Virus record (IMG/VR): IMGVR_UViG_3300034018_003010
DNA length: 64,000 nt
From: a virus
Reading direction: 5' to 3' (one strand)
Positions 58,278 to 64,000 of this stretch are shown piece by piece (position 1 is the first letter of the stretch; each line of letters starts with the position of its first letter). The position numbers and the translations under genes were made by a program. The notes under the pieces were generated by a model. It searched no databases and was not told where the DNA came from. It saw only the letters and a program-made list of their open reading frames with translations.

Positions 58278-60290
58278 TTAGTTTTCCATTTTTGTTGTTC
58301 CATCTTTTAAAACTAAATTAACTGTATCACATCCTGCCAAAGCATCAAGAAGGTCATCGTGGTGAGTAACAAGCCATACTTGTTTGTCTTTTGCAAGTTC
58401 TTGAATCATATTAATGATTCCATTTACACCTTGAACATCTATGTTTGATGTAACTTCATCTAAAAATACTAAGCTAGGGATTCTTCCAGAATTGAGAGAC
58501 ATAATGTGGGCAAAAGCTTGAGAAAGCGCCAAGTTGATTCTGCCTTTTTGGCCGCTACTCAACGCATAATATTTTATATCTTTCTCAAATTTTGGAGACT
58601 TTGTTATTGTCTCTTCAAACTCATTGTTAAAATGTATTTTCATATTTCCTTCAATAAGGAAATGCATCCAGTAATTTATATTTTCATTCAAAGCAGGAAC
58701 TATTTCATCAATAACATATTTTCTTATTCCAGAATCTCCAAAAGCTTCAATCCAAAAATCAAAATAACCATTCATACTTACAAGATTGCTGTAATCTTTT
58801 TTCTTTTGTCCAAGATCTTCACAGGTATTTTTATACTTTTCAATAGATGACTGAAGCAAATCCTCGTAAGGATTGCTCCCTGCCATTTCTAATTCTTTTT
58901 CCTTAATTTGCTCGACTATAGTTTCCTTGCGACTATTAAGTGCGGCCAGCTTTGTTTCAGACTCTGGCCTTTTCATTTTACGAATGGCATCAATCTGATT
59001 GGAATTCACTGCTTTTTCTTGCTGTGTTTTTGCCAAACCTGCTTTCAATTTTTTATGATTATCTGACAAGACCGTCATTGCATCGTTTTTTACTTTAATT
59101 TCAACAACTTTATCTTTTACAAAAATATCAACTTCTTCAATTGATGCCAAAATCTCTTGTTGCTCTTTTTTGTGTGAATCTATAGTTTGCTGATAATTGC
59201 TAGTATCAATTGTCGAGTGACAATGACCGCACTTAACTCCGGGTTCTAAAGAGTTGAGCTTTTTTATAGAAAGAGCTATCTCTGATTGTTTGTTTTTCAA
59301 ATATGTTTGCTTTTGATTAAAAGTCAGCAATTCAGAATCCAAACTTGATTTTATTTTTTTTTCATCTTCAAACTTGGAATATATTTCTTCCATTTTCTTT
59401 TCTATTTTTTCTAAAAGAACTATTTGTTCCTGAATCTTGTTTTCCAAGTCAGGAATTTTTGCTTGTTCTGACTCATATTGAGCCAGACCATTGTCTGATT
59501 CAATAAGTTTCTTTATTTCTGTTTCTAGCACACAAACAGAATCATTTAATTTTTTGATATCATCTTCTTTTTGTTTCACCCAATTCTTTTTAGAAATCTC
59601 CAAACTTTGAACATTTTTATTTTCTTCTTCTACTTTTCTTTCTGAGAAAGAACATTCTTTTTCTTGGAACTTTATTTTTTCTTTATGTTCTTTGTACATC
59701 TTTTTTGCATTTTCATTGTAGTTTCTGTACTTCTCAAGAGATAGCAAATTCTCAACAATCTGCCTCTTGTTGGCAGCATCACATTCGAGAAATGAAGATG
59801 TGGAATCATCTGTAAAAACAACGATATTTATAAATGTTTCATAATTAAGACCAAGTATATTTTCTATTTCTTTCTGCGTTGCTGGCATTCCTCCGAGTGT
59901 TATTTCTGTGGTATCATCCCACACTCCGTTTGAACTTTTCCAAAGACGCAAAGAATCTGGTTTTCTTGTTCTTAAAACTCTGTAATCATCCCATGCAACT
60001 TCTACTTCCAAGTTTTTGCCAACTTGATTGTTAATTACATCAGATTGTTTAATCTTAGATGGATTTTTTACGGTTTTTCCAAACAATCCATAAACAATAG
60101 CATCTATAATACTTGATTTTCCAACACCGTTACTGCTGTGTTTTTCATCATTTTCATCTGGAGATACATCTAGATTTTTTCCTTTGATTACAACTACATT
60201 TCCATAGTTGGAAAAATTTACACAAATGCCATCCTTGCCATAGCAAAAAAAATTCTTTGCAGTAAGCTTCTTAAAATTAATCTTTTTCAT
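58278..60290 (-). CDS. Recombination endonuclease ATPase subunit (T4 gp46 / SbcC / Rad50-like)
   Basis: KNFFCYG, SNGVGKSS Walker A, CGHC hook, LSSGQK signature and FLDE. Confidence 0.92.
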   Translation of the reverse strand: MKKINFKKLTAKNFFCYGKDGICVNFSNYGNVVVIKGKNLDVSPDENDEKHSSNGVGKSSIIDAIVYGLFGKTVKNPSKIKQSDVINNQVGKNLEVEVAWDDYRVLRTRKPDSLRLWKSSNGVWDDTTEITLGGMPATQKEIENILGLNYETFINIVVFTDDSTSSFLECDAANKRQIVENLLSLEKYRNYNENAKKMYKEHKEKIKFQEKECSFSERKVEEENKNVQSLEISKKNWVKQKEDDIKKLNDSVCVLETEIKKLIESDNGLAQYESEQAKIPDLENKIQEQIVLLEKIEKKMEEIYSKFEDEKKIKSSLDSELLTFNQKQTYLKNKQSEIALSIKKLNSLEPGVKCGHCHSTIDTSNYQQTIDSHKKEQQEILASIEEVDIFVKDKVVEIKVKNDAMTVLSDNHKKLKAGLAKTQQEKAVNSNQIDAIRKMKRPESETKLAALNSRKETIVEQIKEKELEMAGSNPYEDLLQSSIEKYKNTCEDLGQKKKDYSNLVSMNGYFDFWIEAFGDSGIRKYVIDEIVPALNENINYWMHFLIEGNMKIHFNNEFEETITKSPKFEKDIKYYALSSGQKGRINLALSQAFAHIMSLNSGRIPSLVFLDEVTSNIDVQGVNGIINMIQELAKDKQVWLVTHHDDLLDALAGCDTVNLVLKDGTTKMEN

Positions 60291-61365
60291 TGTTCGATCC
60301 TTCGTATTGAGTTATTGATTGGCCTAGACTAACAAGAATATTCCTATCAAGGCCTTCTGGATTGACTTGTTGAACATACCTTTCTATAAGTTTATCTTCA
60401 TCAGATAATATTGCTTTTGCATCATCAAGAACATGTTCGTTTATTTCTCTTGGTTTTTGTCGTACTTTAACAGTATCAATTCCAAGTTCTTCAATCTTGC
60501 TTTCTATTTCTTTTTTGTCCAAACTGCCAACATCTACGTCTGCTATTAAAGTAACAAAAGACCTTTCAAGCTCTTGCTTGGTAAACTTGTGTAATTCACT
60601 TTGATTGATATAATGATGCTTTGGGCTAAAGTCATTTTTTATATAAACTTTAGTATTGTTGGAAGTATCCAAGATTATTACATGTTTTTCTTCTCCAGCT
60701 TCTCCAAAAGAAAGCTGAAGAGGGCTGCCAATATATTCCATATTGGAAGATAATTTTTGTGCACCATGATAGTGTCCAAAGAAGGCGTGTTTATATTCTT
60801 TAAATGCCTTCCTATCCATTTTTATCATGTCGCCATCATGTTCTACACTTACGTCTGCGATAGAACCTGCGCTATTTAATTTGGCCCCATCAATTGATAG
60901 GTGCCCAAGCAAATATATATTTGCAACATTGTTTCTTGGAAGTTTTTCAAGCTCTTCCAAAGGATTGTGTGTATATGGAATGAAGTGCCACACAGAATCA
61001 CATATTTTTAATTCTTTTGTTTCTGTAACTGTTTCAAAATTATTAAGTGCTCCAAATGGATAGATGCTGTTAACATTCCAATTGTTGGAAAACCACATAT
61101 CATGATTACCAAGCAAAAGCCAAGTTTTAAACTTGTGATTGCTATGGGATTCAAGAATCTTGAATACTTCTGTGTAGGTAAGAGAATCAATCTTTTGCCG
61201 TTCATGCAAAAGATCTCCACCGAAGAGTACGGCATCGACTTGCTCCTTGACTGCAACTGAAAACACCCAATCAAGTGCTTTCAAACAATCATGCAAGCGT
61301 TCAGCCTTCCTCTTGTGAGGATGGACATGGATATCAGAAAATAATAGTATTCGTGCCATGCCCAT
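60277..61365 (-). CDS. Recombination endonuclease nuclease subunit (T4 gp47 / SbcD / Mre11-like)
   Basis: SDIH, GGDLLH, GNHD, GHYH and YIGSPLQLSFGE. Confidence 0.92.
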   Translation of the reverse strand: MGMARILLFSDIHVHPHKRKAERLHDCLKALDWVFSVAVKEQVDAVLFGGDLLHERQKIDSLTYTEVFKILESHSNHKFKTWLLLGNHDMWFSNNWNVNSIYPFGALNNFETVTETKELKICDSVWHFIPYTHNPLEELEKLPRNNVANIYLLGHLSIDGAKLNSAGSIADVSVEHDGDMIKMDRKAFKEYKHAFFGHYHGAQKLSSNMEYIGSPLQLSFGEAGEEKHVIILDTSNNTKVYIKNDFSPKHHYINQSELHKFTKQELERSFVTLIADVDVGSLDKKEIESKIEELGIDTVKVRQKPREINEHVLDDAKAILSDEDKLIERYVQQVNPEGLDRNILVSLGQSITQYEGSNNEKD

Positions 61366-61430
61366 GATTATAGGGTTTCGGCAAAAAGAAACAACTAGAT
61401 ATTCAGGATGGCTTAGACTTCTTTTTCAGG

Positions 61431-61754
61431 TTATTTTTTTCCTTCAGCTTCGTCTTTTTCATCTTTTAACATTTGCCACACATTAAAAACTTTTATTTTG
61501 GGTGCTGGAACAGATGCTGTAGCTCCTCCCAATCCGCCTCCAAGGCCTCCGCCTAAATCGGCACCGCCGCCTGCGCCTCCAATATCGCCTCCTGCCGGGG
61601 CAGCACCAGCACCACCTAAACCACCTAAGTCACCACCAACTGGTGCTGCGCCACCGGCAGAAGGAGAAGACCCTGCGGCTCCGCCCGCTGGTGCAGCACC
61701 AGCGGCATCCGCTTCTAATATCGCATGTTGAATAAATTCTCTAAATGTAATCAC
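61431..61754 (-). CDS. Gly/Ala-rich low-complexity protein with a CTS-like N-terminus
   Basis: MITFREFIQHAILEADA; CATAAATA lies 4 nt upstream of the GTG start. Confidence 0.65.
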   Translation of the reverse strand: MITFREFIQHAILEADAAGAAPAGGAAGSSPSAGGAAPVGGDLGGLGGAGAAPAGGDIGGAGGGADLGGGLGGGLGGATASVPAPKIKVFNVWQMLKDEKDEAEGKK

Positions 61755-61758
61755 ATTT

Positions 61759-61780
61759 TATTTATGTTTAACAATAAATA
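61759..61780. promoter_or_regulatory. Back-to-back late-promoter-like motifs
   Basis: CATAAATA on the minus strand (61766-61759) and AATAAATA on the plus strand (61773-61780), 4 and 6 nt from the divergent starts. Confidence 0.65.
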
Positions 61781-61786
61781 ATTTAT

Positions 61787-62230
61787 ATGATAAACTACAA
61801 TGAATGGCTAAAAATATCAGAAGAAGTTTTGCCAACACAACAAACTGTTCCACAAAATGTTGAACCTGTAAGTCCAGAAGCAGATACTAAAAAAGCCTTG
61901 CCTTTAATGCCAAAAATAAAACCTTGGAAGGCTGGAAAGGATGAAATTGTAAGATTTTGGAAAAGTATTGCTGGTAATTTGCCACTCTCATTAAAACCAA
62001 TACCTTCCGATCACAAAGGAACAACAATTCAGGAAGATGGCATAAGAATTACTGGTAGTAAAGAATTTATAACGAGCGTTTTATCAAGACTAAAAGACTT
62101 TTTAACTTTTGAAAACCCAAATGAAAAGTTAGTTGTTTCATATAGACAGTCACCAAAGAGTTTTGCCAAAGGAAATAGAAACAGCTATAGTTTTTATCTT
62201 CAAGTAAAAGACCGTGGAAAAACAGATTAA
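61787..62230 (+). CDS. Hypothetical protein with a CTS-like N-terminus
   Basis: Starts MINYNEWLKISEE. Confidence 0.7.
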   Translation: MINYNEWLKISEEVLPTQQTVPQNVEPVSPEADTKKALPLMPKIKPWKAGKDEIVRFWKSIAGNLPLSLKPIPSDHKGTTIQEDGIRITGSKEFITSVLSRLKDFLTFENPNEKLVVSYRQSPKSFAKGNRNSYSFYLQVKDRGKTD

Positions 62231-62406
62231 CAAATAATTAAATTTTCATTTTCTTCATTTTCTTTATAACTTATTATTTCTATAGTTTTTTCAATTGTTT
62301 TATTAATTTTTTCATGTAATAAATTTTGGCTGTCCTCAATGCGCTGGAATTTTTTTTCTAGTATCCCTAGAATCTTAACCGCTTCGGCAATTTTTTCGTT
62401 CGACAT
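62227..62406 (-). CDS. Small coiled-coil hypothetical protein
   Basis: MSNEKIAEAVKILG...; SD GAGGA precedes ATG 62406. Confidence 0.5.
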   Translation of the reverse strand: MSNEKIAEAVKILGILEKKFQRIEDSQNLLHEKINKTIEKTIEIISYKENEENENLIIC

Positions 62407-62490
62407 AAAATCCTCTTCGGTAAAGCGACAAAGGTATTTATGGCAAACGGAAATGGAATTTCGTACTTTTGGTAGCAAAAGGAACCCTAC

Positions 62491-63546
62491 ATGTCTTCTA
62501 TAGAATTAACGGAAGAACAAAAAAACGCTATACTTTTCATCCGTGAAAATTATAAGAAATCAAAATTTATCAGCATGGGAGGATATGCTGGCACTGGAAA
62601 AAGTACATGTTTAAAAGAAATAGCTAAATTTTTCCCTAGCTTTGCAATATGTGCATACACAGGCAAGGCTTGCAATGTGTTGAAAAGAAAAGGAGTTTAC
62701 ACAGCAGAAACAATACATTCTACTATTTACGATGTAAAAACTGATGAAAATAATGATCCAGTTTTTACATTAAAAAGAAAAAATAACATCGGTTGTGGCG
62801 GTTTCATAGTTGATGAATCAAGTATGGTTTCTGAAGAAATATTCGATAACTTATTATGGTATAGTCTTCCAATTATATTTATTGGAGATCATGGACAGCT
62901 AGAGCCAATAGGAACTGATTTTAATTTGATGAAAAATCCAGATATAAAACTGGAGACAATTCATCGAAATGCCAACAATATTGCAAAGTTTGCAGATTAC
63001 CTTAGAAAAGGTGGAGAAGCCGTTAAATACGAATCTCCAGACAATACTGTTATTATTAAGAAAAAAGGAAGTATTGCAGTTGATGAAATGAAGAATTCTG
63101 ATCAAATAATTTGTGCTTACAATAAGACCAGACTTTCTATTAACAATTTTATGAGAAAACAATATAAATTTGAAGACAAAATAAATCCAGGTGAGAAAAT
63201 TATCTGCTTGAAAAACAACAGGAATCTTGGTATATTCAACGGTATGCAAGTAGTTGTTGAATCCATTCGTGGCAGAAGACTCATATTTAGAAATGATCTT
63301 GGCAAGAAGTTTGATATTTTAGTGGACTCCAACCAATTTGGAGTCGAAAAACTTCTTGAATCGGCTAATAGAGATAGCGAACAAGGATATTTTGATTATG
63401 CTTTTTGTATAACTTGCCACAAAAGCCAAGGCGATGAATGGAATAAAATTCTTGTTTTAGAAGAAAAAAGCAGCATATGGGACCACAAAAGATGGGCTTA
63501 TACTGCTGCATCTAGAGCAAGAGAGGGTATAATATGGGCTGTATGA
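62491..63546 (+). CDS. SF1 helicase, RecD/Dda-like
   Basis: GYAGTGKS, YTGKA, TIHS, VDESSM, IGDHGQL.P, TCHKSQG.EW and YTAASRA. Confidence 0.9.
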   Translation: MSSIELTEEQKNAILFIRENYKKSKFISMGGYAGTGKSTCLKEIAKFFPSFAICAYTGKACNVLKRKGVYTAETIHSTIYDVKTDENNDPVFTLKRKNNIGCGGFIVDESSMVSEEIFDNLLWYSLPIIFIGDHGQLEPIGTDFNLMKNPDIKLETIHRNANNIAKFADYLRKGGEAVKYESPDNTVIIKKKGSIAVDEMKNSDQIICAYNKTRLSINNFMRKQYKFEDKINPGEKIICLKNNRNLGIFNGMQVVVESIRGRRLIFRNDLGKKFDILVDSNQFGVEKLLESANRDSEQGYFDYAFCITCHKSQGDEWNKILVLEEKSSIWDHKRWAYTAASRAREGIIWAV

Positions 63547-63555
63547 GGAGAAAAA

Positions 63556-64000
63556 ATGGCGCACATTACTGTAAACAATGATATAAGTATTTTGCAAACA
63601 GAAAATCAAGATTTATTGAAGTTCTTGTTTGAGCAACTTCGTTTCCGTGACATATCTTATTTTCATAACCCAAGATACAAAGCAAAACTTTGGGATGGCT
63701 TTACAAACTTTTTTAATAAAAACAATGGCAAGTTTTTAAGCGGTTTACTTCCAGAAGTAATTGGCGCTTGCAAGCATTTTGGAGAGCACCCAACTTACAA
63801 AGACAATAGAACAAAAATTGATTTCGCTATAAAGGAAATAGACAAAGACTTTTTAAAACCTTTTACTCCTAAAGAAGAAAAAGTTATAACACTTGAAAAT
63901 TATCAAGTCGAATTAGTTAATCAATCAATTAAAAACAAAAGAGGTATTATATTTGCTCCCACAAGTTCTGGGAAGTCACTAACAATGCTTTCGATACTAA
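63556..64000 (+). CDS. SF2 helicase, UvsW-like (3'-truncated by window)
   Basis: Translated by hand: ...YFHNPRYKAKLWDG...F.SGLL...YQ.....RGIIFAPTSSGKS; SD GAGGAG. Confidence 0.85.
   Translation, partial: MAHITVNNDISILQTENQDLLKFLFEQLRFRDISYFHNPRYKAKLWDGFTNFFNKNNGKFLSGLLPEVIGACKHFGEHPTYKDNRTKIDFAIKEIDKDFLKPFTPKEEKVITLENYQVELVNQSIKNKRGIIFAPTSSGKSLTMLSIL

Noticed and set aside
1-64000. Stop-codon reassignment as seen in some jumbo phages
   Set aside because: Core genes are intact under code 11, and TAA, TAG and TGA all terminate genes at the expected positions.
1-64000. tRNA, rRNA or group I intron
   Set aside because: Intergenic gaps are short and I saw no cloverleaf or intron-like interruption; a tRNAscan/Infernal run would be needed to exclude them formally.
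1-64000. Eukaryotic giant virus or cellular origin suggested by RCC1 and mucin-like repeats
   Set aside because: The T4-like neck, sheath, tube, gp55, gp46/47 and UvsW genes, plus SD sites and intrinsic terminators, indicate a bacteriophage. The host cannot be determined from this window.

Overview
This AT-rich window comes from a large T4-like (contractile-tailed, jumbo-type) phage genome that uses the standard genetic code. The first 29.5 kb is a virion-surface cassette. It holds giant modular proteins (RCC1 beta-propellers, putative-Ig repeats, LamG, Gly-rich and cupredoxin-like domains joined by mucin-like poly-Thr linkers), most of which share an unfamiliar ~90-aa N-terminal domain that also occurs as a stand-alone gene. 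SAM-methyltransferases and GT2-type glycosyltransferases flank the cassette. The 29.5-50 kb region contains a Hef-like endonuclease, T4-like neck (gp13, gp14), tail terminator (gp15), sheath (gp18), two tube genes (gp19-like), a gp55-like late sigma factor and a gp26-like hub/chaperone. The 50-64 kb region encodes a Holliday junction resolvase, class II GATase, CTP synthase, class I RNR (alpha subunit with an intein), gp46/gp47 recombination nuclease, a RecD/Dda-like helicase and a partial UvsW. The most notable observations are: a putative glycosylated display system with a shared anchor domain; a type-1 copper site that is intact in one paralog and switched to E/S/D in the other; three ~50-bp IS200/IS605-end-like mini-elements that each overlap a TGA stop codon; a late-promoter motif 4-6 nt before start codons, implying leaderless mRNAs; T4 capsid-targeting-like N-termini on several orphan proteins; a +1 split in the largest gene; and a candidate -1 frameshift after the gp26-like gene. 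All family assignments come from motif recognition by eye, not database searches.
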